Shown here: piece by piece, positions 1-11,427 of the stretch
Numbering within the stretch: the stretch's first letter is position 1
Layout: each line of letters starts with the position of its first letter
Origin: Octopus bimaculoides
Taxonomy: Eukaryota
Direction: 5' to 3'
NCBI RefSeq assembly: GCF_001194135.2
Contig: NC_068982.1
Span: 46,660,202 to 46,724,201 of the forward strand
Length of the DNA: 64,000 bases
The notes under the pieces: model-generated
The model's database searches: none
Told to the model about the DNA's origin: nothing
Seen by the model: only the letters and a program-made list of their open reading frames with translations
Position numbers and translations under genes: made by a program

Positions 1-11
1 ATATATATGTT

Positions 12-52
<41 letters not shown>

Positions 53-1013
53 ATATATATATCAATACATACATACATATATATATTATATATATACATG
101 TATACATAAATATATGTATAATACATATATACATATATTTGTGCATACATAAATACATGTGTGTGTGTGTGCTCACAAAAGAAAAGTATTGTTTATGTTG
201 TTTGCCTAGAAAACATATTTTCTCGTAAAAAAAAAATAAATGTTTTACTTAATGGCTAAAACAAAGGCAGGAAAAAACGCGCATGCTCACACACACACGC
301 ACACAAACCGACACGCACACAAACCCACACATACAAATGCATACACATACACAAACATATGCACGCACACACACACACATGCGCACACAAATACACAACA
401 AAACTCTTTACAGTGAAATAAAAGTATCTTCTAAGCTTGGTTAAACCTGTTGATTACAATCGACCCCTGTTGTAAATCCCTGTAATTGCAGATGCTGATT
501 TTGGTTTAGAAAGTAAAAAGAACACAAGAACAAGAAGAAGAAGAAAAAAAATTAATTTGTGCACTAGAATACAGTTGCCATGTCTGTGATTATGCACAAG
601 TGTACAGACACACGCATGTGCGTGCATACATGCACACATACACATACATATGAAGACATCTCAGATTGTCCAAGAAAGGAACCCTCGGCTGACTAAGCCC
701 CTTTCAGAAAGTCTTTGAGCTGATAAAAGGGCTTAGAAACTAAGGCCATCTTTTTTTGTATTGGGAATGAATTGCAAGTGCAGAAGAATTTGTGTGCGAG
801 TGCAGTTGTACTTAGGAAAATAAGGACTCTTTAACTGCATAAATGCAGAAATAGACACTAGCATGGTTGTGTGGTTACGAAGGTTGCTTCCTGACTATGT
901 AGTTTTAGGTTTTAGTCCCAGTGTGTTGTACCTTTGGATAGTGTCTTCTACTGTAGCCATGAGCTAGCCAATGCTTGGAGAAGGGATTCATTTGACTGAA
1001 ACTGAAAGAGGCT

Positions 1014-1049
<36 letters not shown>

Positions 1050-1201
1050 GCGCAGTCGTGGATGTGTGGTAAAACACTTGCTTTCCATTTATATGGTTCC
1101 TGGATTAGTCCCACTGCGTGGCCCCTTGGGCAAGTTTCTTCAACTATAGCATCAAGCCAACCAAAATCTTGCGAGTGGATTTGGTAGACAAAGACAAACA
1201 T

Positions 1202-1252
<51 letters not shown>

Positions 1253-2050
1253 TAAATATTAATATTTCTAAGTCTCTCTAAAGGAGACCACAGCAACGGT
1301 AAACTATATATATATATATATATACACACACACATACTGACATATAAGTATTGTATTAATTGTAGGCTTTTCCATTTTTAATAGAGACATTAAACTCGGC
1401 CATTACCTTTGCACCAACCTGATATTAGGGTCAATTTGGTTCACTAAATCCTTCAAGATGCCCCAGCATGGCCGCAGTCTAATGATGGAAACAAGCAAAT
1501 GATAAAAAATAGGTAATGCAGGTTTTAAAGCATTTCACTTTTGCATCTGATTTGCAGGATTCTTGCTGTGAACTCCTGTGTCAGAACAGACATTATTGTA
1601 AATTGGGAAGGTCATCACACACTTCTTATTCTCCGACGCATATATTCTCACTCACTTCCATATAAATATAGAACTCGTAAACTAGGAAAGCGACAGACTT
1701 GAATCAAACCTGAAGTAGATAGAAAGAGAGCTTGTCATTGATAAGGCCATGAATGGTGATGGAAAGACCCTGACAAACCTAGCCAATTGATTGATTGATT
1801 GACTGAATGATTAATCAAACAATCAATTTATCAATTGGTTAGATGATTAACCAATTGACTAATAATGATAACAAAGAGGTTAAGACAATTATATTGACCC
1901 AGTGCTCAACTGGTACTTATTTCATTAACCCTGAAAGGATAAAAGGCAAAGTTGACCTCGGTGGAATATGAACTCAGAATGTAAAGATGAACAATATGCT
2001 GCTAAGCATTTTGCTCAGCATGCTAATAGTTCTCCGAATTCACCACCTGC

Positions 2051-2095
<45 letters not shown>

Positions 2096-2828
2096 TTTTT
2101 AACTGCTGCACAAGGTCAAAGCCTCCCCCACCAAAAACCACCAGAAACACATAATGAAGAAAAGTACAAGTAACTGAAGAATATGTAGTTATGGGGAAGA
2201 AACAATAAATCATATCGTCTCTGGTTGCCAAGCCCTGGCAAAGATGAAATATATCTACAGACATGACAGAGTTAGGACCTATATACACTGGAAGCTATGC
2301 TAACACAATGGAATGACAACAGAAAAAAAGATGGTATAAGCACACCCCAGAAAAGCTCTCATAAAATGAGAAAGCAACCATACTCTGGGATATGCCAATA
2401 CACAAAGATAGAGACGTCAATGCTAATAGACCAGATATAGTTGTCAGAGATCACCAAGATAAATATGCCTTCTAATCGAGATGTCAATCCCAACAGATGA
2501 TAATGTATCTCTAAAAGTAATGGAGAAATACAAAGATCTGGAAATTGAGATAACCCAAATGTGGAGCCTAAAAACAGAAACAATCCCTATAATAATAGGT
2601 GCATTAGGTATGATTAAAAAAATTCAGACAAATACACACCAAAACACCAGGACTTAGGAATGTATATAACATACAGAAAATAGCATTTATAGGCACCACG
2701 CACATCCTACGTAAAGCACTTTCAATACAGTGAAAATATGAGCAACATAGCAAACCACAGCAAACCTAAGGCACACAGAGCTGTTCTCGGTAGTACAGTG
2801 AATGCACATGATAAAACTAAGACTACTA
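2096..2828 (+). mobile_element. 5'-truncated, decayed R4/Dong-like REL non-LTR retrotransposon
   Basis: Frameshifted ETINHIVSGC zinc-knuckle and ATILWDMPIH..ANRPDIVVRD REL remnants. Same 3' UTR as the 13703 and 23331 copies. Flanked by (TAA)n at 2051-2095 and (TAG)n at 2829-2873. Confidence 0.8.
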
Positions 2829-2842
2829 AGTAGTTGTAGTAA

Positions 2843-2874
<32 letters not shown>

Positions 2875-3519
2875 AAAGAAGTGAAGTAGAACCAGTGTGT
2901 GGGCATGTTTATTATTGGCATAATGACCCTCCCAAGATGCGACAAAACTCTTATAGTATTAGTACAAAGGAAAGAGGTAGTGTGATTACAACTGGACTGT
3001 TTTTACTCATAAGTCAGTTTGACCAGTGTGGCTTGAGGGTTAAAAAACACCAGTTATGAAAAGCATGAAACAATCTGAATTAAACATTAATCACTGTATA
3101 CTGACACACAGGTATCCCAACCTTCCCCACTGTACAAAAGGGTTAAAATTACCACCCTCTCACCTCATTAACAGCATATCCTCTCTATATAATTAAGAAA
3201 ACAATAGGTTAATGTTTGCTTTGTTGCTATAGTGATTTAGGCTTTCTTCTTCGAGATTCATAAATAAACTTCCAACTGTTGCCAAAAAACACAATTAGTT
3301 TGTTAATTGAATATAAATATAATTAGTTAATGACTGCATGGCTGCTAAGGGCTGGCGTTTAAGTAATTGACTCGTGGATGATGATGGTATGACAATTAAT
3401 TTATTGATTTATGCCAGAAACCATACTGGTGCATGTCAGCTGATAACGGGGAAAAAAAGGGCAAATAATAGACAATAGACATAATGATTACATGCGTGTG
3501 TGTGTATGTGTGTGTGTAT

Positions 3520-3564
<45 letters not shown>

Positions 3565-3659
3565 CGCAGGGCGTTTGCACTAAGTTTTATGATATTTTTA
3601 TAACCCCCTCCCTTTCTTAGGAACAGCCTGATGTATTGGTGAACAGTCAGTAGCATTGA

Positions 3660-4345
3660 AGAGCATAAAGATTAAATTTGTAACTGTGAAAAAGTTAACT
3701 GACATGATGGCATTGGAAGCTGTCTGAATATTGGAAAATAGTTACCTGTATCATCGGCATTCACACCAGGTATCAAAATGCTGATGGTTGCTCAAAGTTC
3801 TGTGAACACTGAAAAGGCTATAAGACGTGACATAGACACCTGCAACAGAGACTACAAAGCCATAGCCAGAAGGAAGGGACAAAGTAGATGTTCTAACTGC
3901 ATCCACATGCCAGAATACATCCAACAAGGCCTTAAGCTCAATTTAGATGTAGTTGTCGGAAAATTTCTATCATTTCACCAGCCACAATTTCTGGGTTTCT
4001 GTTCCTCTGATTGTAATCCCATGGATTAGTATGTGTGGGACACAGTTGAGAAAGTCACCAACTACTCTGTCTGCAACACCAAGACCAAGCTGGTGGCTAA
4101 GATCAAGGAGGTGTTCAAAGATTTTCCCAAGAAGACAGTAATGAGTGCATGCACCAGGTTCCAGAGCTGTCTTGTAGCTGTGATGAAAGGTGAGGGTGGC
4201 TAATTTGAGTAAACACTCAGTTATCACTCACCCATAATCCAGTTGATACTTTTTTTTAAATATTTATAATACTTTTACTTTTTGGATGGGTTACTGTGTT
4301 TTATTTTCCTTTTATGCAAACTGTCAAATTGAGCCTCAACTCCCT
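3660..4345 (+). mobile_element. Tc1/mariner transposase 3' fragment with right end
   Basis: Frameshifted ...SDCNPMD.YVW.TVEKVTNYSVCNTKTKLVAKIKEVFKDFPKKTVMSACTRFQSCLVAV..EGG.FE, followed by a terminal segment ending in TA. Confidence 0.7.
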
Positions 4346-4369
4346 ACATAAATGTATATATATATACAT

Positions 4370-5250
4370 ATATACTGCAAGAGAGTTAGGGGTTGAGGAT
4401 TCAACCCACTAAGGGATAGTAACTATCCAATATACTGCTGGGAGGGTACCCAATTATTGTTACACTAGTGTTATACCAAGTGTAATAAGTGGGTGTGGGT
4501 AAAAGGGGGTTATTTTACCCTAAATTTATATAGCAATAAGAAAATGGAGGAGAATATGCGGTATCCATCAACTTGCAGACAGTGTATTCCATTGAATTAA
4601 TTTGCTTATTTTGCAACTAAAATGACAAAAACCACAATATACAGATGCTTATGACATAACATGTCATATTAACAATTAAGGTCACAAATGTAAAGTACAT
4701 TTAGCAATTGGAGAATATACAGAAACTTACAGCTGTTTCGGCCTAGCGTTGGCATGCCCCATTCTATCCCTATATCTCCTGCGTGCCGGAGTAATTAGCA
4801 AATGAAAATGATGTAATGGGAGTACATGCATGATTCGCTAGGCCTCTTCAGAGATTCACAAAATTCAATACAAATATAAAATAAAAAATAAAAAATAAAA
4901 ATAAAAATAAAAATAAGAATAAAGTAAAAATTAAAATAAAGGAAAAATGAAAATATAAAAATATAAGGCACATAAAAAGCCTACAAACAACCATATAAAA
5001 ATAGTTTTAAACACTCCAATATACATGCCTGTGCCTGTGTACATAACCATACTTAGATATCTATGGATACAAAAGCATATACAGATGAGTACATATGTGT
5101 GTCCAGATGTACGTCAACAGTCACTGCCACCACATTTGAGGGGGAAATATACATATATATATCTATCCTCTCACACATACATATATATATCTATCCTCTC
5201 ACACGTACATACATACATATATGTAAACACAAATATTCCCATCGTATGAA
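4370..5250 (-). mobile_element. Possible Penelope-like element terminal-repeat remnant
   Basis: Non-SINE sequence carrying the hammerhead motif, an (ATAAAA)n tract at 4875-4975 and a short direct repeat at 5145-5215. The assignment is inferred from the ribozyme type; no coding homology was recognised. Confidence 0.35.
4722..4857 (-). ncRNA. Type I hammerhead ribozyme (Penelope-type, palindromic stem III, long stem II loop)
   Basis: The minus strand reads GAATCT-CTGAAGA-GGCCTAGCG-(87 nt)-CGCTAGGCC-GAA-ACAGCTGT-A-AGTTTC. This gives a canonical CUGANGA and GAAA core, a perfect 9-bp stem II, a self-complementary stem III, a GUA cleavage triplet, and stem I with 5 of 6 pairs. Confidence 0.8.
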
Positions 5251-5410
5251 TACTTCCTGGAATGTTCCAAGGATGGGACTTCCTGGAAAGTTTCGGGGGA
5301 TGGTATTTCCTGGAAAGTTCCGAGACTGGTACTTCCTAGAAAGTTCCGAAGGTGAAGCTTCCTGGAAAGTCCTGAGGTTTTCCTGCAAAGTTCCGAGCTC
5401 TTCCTGGAAA
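5251..5410. repeat. Minisatellite of about 26 bp (21 bp for the last two units) with a TTCCTGGAA(AGTTCC) core
   Basis: TTCN3GAA at 5254, 5280, 5307, 5333, 5359 and 5401, plus a degenerate TTCCTGCAA at 5380. Confidence 0.9.
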
Positions 5411-6719
5411 AGTGCATATGTAAGTGCAAGCATGGTTCTGTAGTAAGAAGCTTGCTTCCAAAATACATGGTTCTGGGTTCATTCCCCCTGTGTGGCACCT
5501 TGGGCAAGTGTCTTCTACAACAGTCTTGGGCCAACCAAAGCCTTGTGAGTGGATTTGGCAGGCAGAGACATACACACATACATATATACTTACACACATA
5601 TATNNNNNNNNNNNNNNNNNNNNNNNNNNNNNNNNNNNNNNNNNNNNNNNNNNNNNNNNNNNNNNNNNNNNNNNNNNNNNNNNNNNNNNNNNNNNNNNNN
5701 NNNNNTATATATATACACATATACATATATATGTGTGTATGTATATAGGTGGAGGCACAATGGCCCAGTGGTTAGGGCAGTGGACTAGTGGTCATAGGAT
5801 CGCGGTTTCAAATCCCAGACCAGGCGTTGTGAGTGTTTATTGAGCGAAAACACCTAAAGCTCCACGAGGCTCCGGTAGGGGGTGGTGGTGAACCCTGCTG
5901 TACTCTTTCACCACAACTATTTCTCACTCTGTGTATATGTATATATCTCTGTGTGTGTCTTTGTATCTGCGTTTGTCTCATCACTGCTTGACAACCGGTG
6001 TTGGTGTGTTTATGTCACTGTAACTAAGCAGTTTGGCAAAAGACACCAATAGAATAAGTAATAAGTACTAGGCTTAAAAATAACAGTCCTGGTGTCGATT
6101 TGTTCAACTAAAAACCCTTCAAGGCAGTGCTCCAGCATGGCCACAGTCAAATGACTCATAGAAGTAAAAGAATATGTATATATATATATATGTATATATA
6201 CACATTTATGTATGCATTTCTCATGTCTTCTTTTTGTACAATTCCACAATGTTACAGCATGCTTTTATCATGCTGCATACTTTATAGTACCTAGTGTCTC
6301 CTATACAATGCACTATTTATTATACAATCAATACAGAATACTTCTGATCCTTAATAATTTCATTTCCTGAGTAAGCATTGTCACTGTTTTGCAAATGTAA
6401 GCACTTCCATCATCACATTTCACAAGGTAAGCACTTTCACTTTCTTAGGTAACAGGTAGAAAGACAACAAGAAAAGCTATTCCAGTTTCTTGTTATCTTC
6501 TATCATCGTGTAATTCTTTTGCACTGCAAATTTTACTCTCAAGATAGAACACTGAGCTGGTATTGACAGATTAGTCTCAGCATAAATTTTGAATGAAAAG
6601 GAAGATAGTTACTACATGAAATTGTGAAGAAATTTGATATACTGGCCCTGTTGCATTGACATATCCTCACTCACTTGCACTGAGAATGGATCATATCAAA
6701 ACAAATTTCAGAACAGTTT

Positions 6720-7094
6720 CAGGAAAAGAATTACAGAGATGTACTTGCATAGCAAGTGACCTGATCTGAGACCGTGTGCTGGAACAAAAACGGAATTTCA
6801 AAAACATCAACAGAGTATTTTTGTATGTAAGTATATGAGCAAATTTGTTTATTTTGTTTTATGTATGCTTTCTCATGCATATAGCTGCATGTCTATCTAT
6901 CTGTCTGTCTGTCTGTCTATCTATCTATGCATGCATGCATGCATATATGTATGTGTGTATGTCATTATTCAGTTTATTTCAAGATTTCTTGTCAATAGAG
7001 AAAGAACTGGTTTCTAACCTAGATCCAAGGTTCCTTCATTGGAATTTCAATATCAACAACAGGGTATTTTTGTATGTATGTATGTATGTATGTA

Positions 7095-7127
<33 letters not shown>

Positions 7128-8770
7128 ATGCATGCATGTATGTATGTATGTGCAGATTTGTATGTTTTATGTGTGTATTCTCATGCATAGAGTTACATAT
7201 CTAGACATGCTCATACATATGTATGTATGTATGTATATGTGCAAGTTTTGTATGTTTTGTTTTATGTATGCATTCTCATGCATATAATTGCATATCCAGA
7301 CATGCTCATATATATTTAAATGATAGACTTCTGGAAAGCTTTATAGATATTTACAGTTCCAATGATGGATTGGATCTGTAGTCTTCGAATTAGCCTTCTC
7401 TTTTCTGGTTTTGAGAAGTCTAATTTCTCAAGATTGGTTTTTAGGCAGTGTGTTACATATCCCAGAGCCGCAATAATTACAGGTATAAAACTGAACTAGT
7501 AATCTGGATATCTCAATAGCTCAGTATAGATATTCTCTCTTTCACTGATCTTCAGCTTTATGTTAACATCTGCTGGGCAGCTAATTTCCACAAATGTACA
7601 CAGCTTCTCTTCTCTATCTCAAATCATTATATCAAGTCTTTTGTGCCTACATTTTATTGAGGTCTACACTGGGATATTCCACCAGTACTCCTTTTTTATT
7701 ATGAGTGTCTATGGCTTCTACCATACTGTGGGTTCTTATTTCTTTGTCCTCAGGGTTACCCTTCTGACAGATTTCATTATAGAGTGCCCTAGCTATGACA
7801 TCATGTTTCATGGGTAGATGATACCGTGATTGACATTTATTGAACAACTGCTTATGATGTGAATGATATTTTCAGTGTTAACTCCACAGAGTCTGCATCA
7901 GTTGTCACATTTTATTGCTTTTCCTGCATCTCTATTTCTTTTGTGCACCAGGTATTTGGTGGATATTTCCTGTTCTTGGATTGCACACACATACCCTTCA
8001 AAGTGAGAGGTAGTAATCTGGCTATTGGTCTATGATAGACTGCTTTAGTGATCAATGTTACCATCATCTTGGAGCTTTCCACTAACATATGCATACATAG
8101 TCCTCTGCTCATATAGGCTCATCCTTTCATCTGATGATACGTTGTAGAAGAGTCGTGCGACTTTGTTGGGCATGTATTTAAGGTTATCAGACAAGGAATA
8201 TTGCTCAAGGAGCTGCCTTCCAAATCTTATAATCTTATCAGCCTCATGTATGCAGACTTGATCAAGCGATGCATTTCAACACTTGGTGGTTAAAAGATGT
8301 TGCCAAAGGGAAATAATACAATATTCAAAGGCATATTGGATCAATGTTAAACCTCTGCCAACTTGTTTTCGTTTTAGGTAGAGGTGGTCTACATCACTGT
8401 TTATGTGGAAACTGTGCTTGTTAGTATTTTTCAGGTTTTCACATCAATAGCTTAGATCTCATCAAGCATCCAATCAAGCAGCCCAAATGTTGGTATGAGT
8501 ACTGGTACTGCAAACACATTGTAAGCCACTGTTTCATTGAATGCAGTGAGTTCTGAGGCCCAAATTTTCTTTATTCGGTTCTAATATCTTTTAGTGACAC
8601 GTATTTTATTAAAGGTGCCATTGTAAGATATGTTTTCATCCACTTCTAGATATCTGTAACATTCCTCGTCAGATACAGGGGAAACAGTCAAATCATTGAT
8701 GGAGATGTTGCTCATCTGGTTTATAGTTTTCCCCATTTTCACAACCATATAACAAACTCCAACCCTACAT
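6720..8770 (-). mobile_element. Decayed REL-type non-LTR retrotransposon (third family): RT to endonuclease region plus 3' UTR
   Basis: The minus strand gives a frameshifted HDVIARALYNEIC..., a PD-like CRPQ/DLII..REEKLCTFVEISCPAD segment, and LYLKRKQVGRGL-type post-RT sequence. Confidence 0.7.
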
Positions 8771-9359
8771 CCTTTGAGAATGTTGTATCTAGGTCATGTA
8801 TGTATGTATATTATCAAGTTCACTCAGCCCTAGTTTTTTTTCACAAAGATAATTCAATGTTTGGCATGCCAGATGTCTAAGATAAGAATGGAGAAGAATA
8901 AACGTGGTTGTGGAGCATCCTTGACAAGTTTCCACCTTAATCAGCTGGAGTTCATAATTGCCAACTTTGCTTCCATGAGAAATTGCATAAATACAACAAG
9001 AGCCTAAAATATCCATTAACAAGTAAACCAATTTATCAGATTATTACCACAAAAAAAAAAAAAAAAAAAAAATGAATGAATAAGTGACATGCTAATGAAC
9101 TTCAAATTATTGGTTACTTATACTTGGAAAAGGCCATCTTAATCTCGAAGCCCTTATGCATTTGCAAGGTGGAGCAAACAAGAAAATATGGTTAACTTCA
9201 ACATGTGATCTGAACTGACCAATGGAACACCCCACTCACCTCCTCTGCAAATATTCTCATCACTCTCCAGCTCCACACACCCACCCTCTCTTGTAAAATG
9301 TGAGTAGTCATATAACCCCCTCCACAGCAAGAAATCTGATCTGCTCCAGCCCTTTTCTC

Positions 9360-9439
9360 TCATACCTTATCCTCCACAAAATAGACATTGGAGTATGAGG
9401 CAATCCTAGATCCTATTGGATTCTGGCAAACTGTCCAGC
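9360..9439 (-). CDS. Tentative last or penultimate exon of the TTLL gene
   Basis: catAG|GC completes a phase-1 Gly, then WTVCQNPIGSRIASYSNVYFVEDK followed by GTATGA, which is either a donor or Val-stop. The polypyrimidine tract is weak; phase fit is the only support. Confidence 0.22.
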
Positions 9440-10015
9440 CTATGCCAGCAATGAACATGCATGTTTTGTTGATTAGGGAGAGAGGGATTTAAGAAGGGAG
9501 GAAGGAAGGATTAATGAATGATGAGTGGGTGGGTGGATGGATGGATGGATGGATGGATGGATGGATGGATGGACGGACGGATGGATGAATATGTATATTT
9601 GTGTCTTTCTTTATGTTTGTCCTCACAACCACTTGACATCAGGTGTTTATTTGTTTACATCCCTGGAATTTACCAGTTCAAGAAAAGAATCTGACAGAAT
9701 AAGTATCAGACTATAAAAAAATAAGTGATGGGGTCAATTTGTTTAATAAAACCCTTCAAAATGGTGTCCCAGTATGGCTGCAGTCCAATGACTTAAACAA
9801 GTATAAGATAAAGGATAAATTGGGAAACTGAATAAAAAAGATAATCTATGGAAGGTCATATGGAAGTAAATTACATATTAGGCATAATTTCTATTGAGGT
9901 CTTATATATTTGAGATTCTAACATCACCAGAAAACTTGAGTTTTATGGAAGATCCAAAGTACTATATGTTTCAGACACCAACCAATCTAGGGCACAATAT
10001 GTGTCTGTGAGAGAT

Positions 10016-10420
10016 TTAACCCTTTAGCATTTAAACCAGCCATATCAGGCCCAAATATTCTACCTGTTTTATGTTCAAAATGGCCATGTACAACTTCTCA
10101 CATCTACTCTATAATGCTGCACATGTGTACAACCTTGAAATGTTTAGCATATTCTATTGTATAATTTGTACAAATGAAAAACAAAAAAAAAAAAAGAGAA
10201 AGAAAAACTCCCAGTGCCTCAATTGGTCGTACCCTACAAGGTTCAATGGAACCTACGGAAGCAAGCCAACACGCTTGCAGCATTACCACAATGTCATTGT
10301 ATAAATGAAGAATCACATCATTGGGATCTCATAGCTACAAGATAATGCATGATTATTTCAAAGCATTGCAAATAAATTAGCATTATGTTTGACAGAGTAA
10401 TCTGAATGCTAAAGAGTTAA
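10016..10420. mobile_element. piggyBac-type MITE (TTAA...CCCTTTAGCAT ends)
   Basis: Starts TTAACCCTTTAGCAT and ends ATGCTAAAGAGTTAA. Related copies at about 15783-16215 (with a SINE inside), 16650-16878 and 53810-54022. Confidence 0.72.
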
Positions 10421-10444
10421 AGAGAACAAAATTATAAATCATAC

Positions 10445-10736
10445 CTACCACTATTTTATTTACTGTACCAAACATATTGAAATAATGTTGTCTTGGTTTT
10501 GGATGACAGCTATAAAATGTATTGCAGTTGTTAGCCACAGCTACTTGTTGATCTTCAATTGGCAAGGTGCTGGATGAGGAAAAATTTCCAAAGTTATTGA
10601 TAAATAAGTTTGTAGTCCCAGGATGAATACTAGTAGTGATTTGATGCATCTCACCAGTACGGCTAAATTGATAGTTATTGCCATGTACTAAGCTGCTTGA
10701 ACTGTTGCCACTTGTTAAAGGCACTGGTGGTTTTAC
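10445..10736 (-). CDS. TTLL6: Probable further exon of the same gene (Ser/Thr/Asn-rich tail)
   Basis: Good acceptor tatttatatttcAG|GTA in phase 0 and a stop-free frame VKPPVPLTSGNSSSSLVHG...KIVV in non-repetitive sequence. The donor is uncertain: G|GTATGA at 10444 or GTG|GTAGGT at 10448. No recognisable homology. Confidence 0.5.
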
Positions 10737-10758
10737 CTGAAATATAAATAGGATATAA

Positions 10759-11427
10759 ATGGGAGACAGGGTGGATGTAAGTGGTGGATGTGAAGCAGCT
10801 GTGACAGCAAGAGCGAGACTTAGTTGGGTTAAGTTCAGGGAATGTGGAGCAATGTTATATGGGAAAAGGTTCTCAGTGAAGATGAAAGGAAGAGTTTATA
10901 AGAGTTGTATGAGAGCTGCAATGTTGTATGGGAATGAGACATGGTGTCTGAGGGAGAGAGAGATGGTAATTTTGAGAAGGGCTGAGAGAGCAATGGTGAG
11001 AGAAATGTGTGGGGCGAAGCTGTTTGATAAGAGTAGGACTGAGGATTTGATGGGAATGCTGGGGTTGGAGGGATCGGTGGATTGACTGGCAAGGGCAAAT
11101 GGAGTAAAGTAGTATGGGCATGTGTTGAGGAGGGATGAAGAACATGTTCTGAGGAGGATGATTGTGCTTGAGGTAAATGGAGCGCGAAAGCAAGATAGAG
11201 CAAGGGAAAGGTGGACGGGACAGGTGGAAGACGAGATTGTGAGGGTTGGTTTGAGAAAGGAGGACACCCCAAACTGGACATGATGGCAAGATGGTGAGAC
11301 GGTGGTGGCTATGGCATTAAGGTAGATCTGGCCACTTCCATTAACGGGGACAAAACCCGGATTTAAAACACTGGATGATGATGATGATGATGATGATGAT
11401 AATGATGATGATGATGAAGATGATGAT
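10759..11427 (+). mobile_element. 5'-truncated RTE-clade LINE with a (GAT)n tail
   Basis: VDVSGGCEAAVTARARLSWVKFRE...KGRVYKSCMRAAMLYGNETW is the RTE RT thumb region. It is followed by a 3' UTR and (GAT)n at 11374-11427. Confidence 0.85.

Noticed and set aside
689-750. Hammerhead-like string CTGAC-TAAGCCC...GGGCTTA-GAAAC-TAAG-GCC
   Set aside because: It lacks the G8-A9 of CUGANGA in register with stem II, has no U at position 16.1 and has no stem I partner. At best a badly decayed relic.
7-1335. YI/HT/CV-rich ORFs here and throughout the window
   Set aside because: They are translations of (TA)n, (CA)n and (TG)n microsatellites and SINE bodies.
5251-5410. Repeat array as a CRISPR locus
   Set aside because: Units are directly tandem with linkers similar to each other, there are no unique 30-40-bp spacers or cas genes, and the context is eukaryotic.
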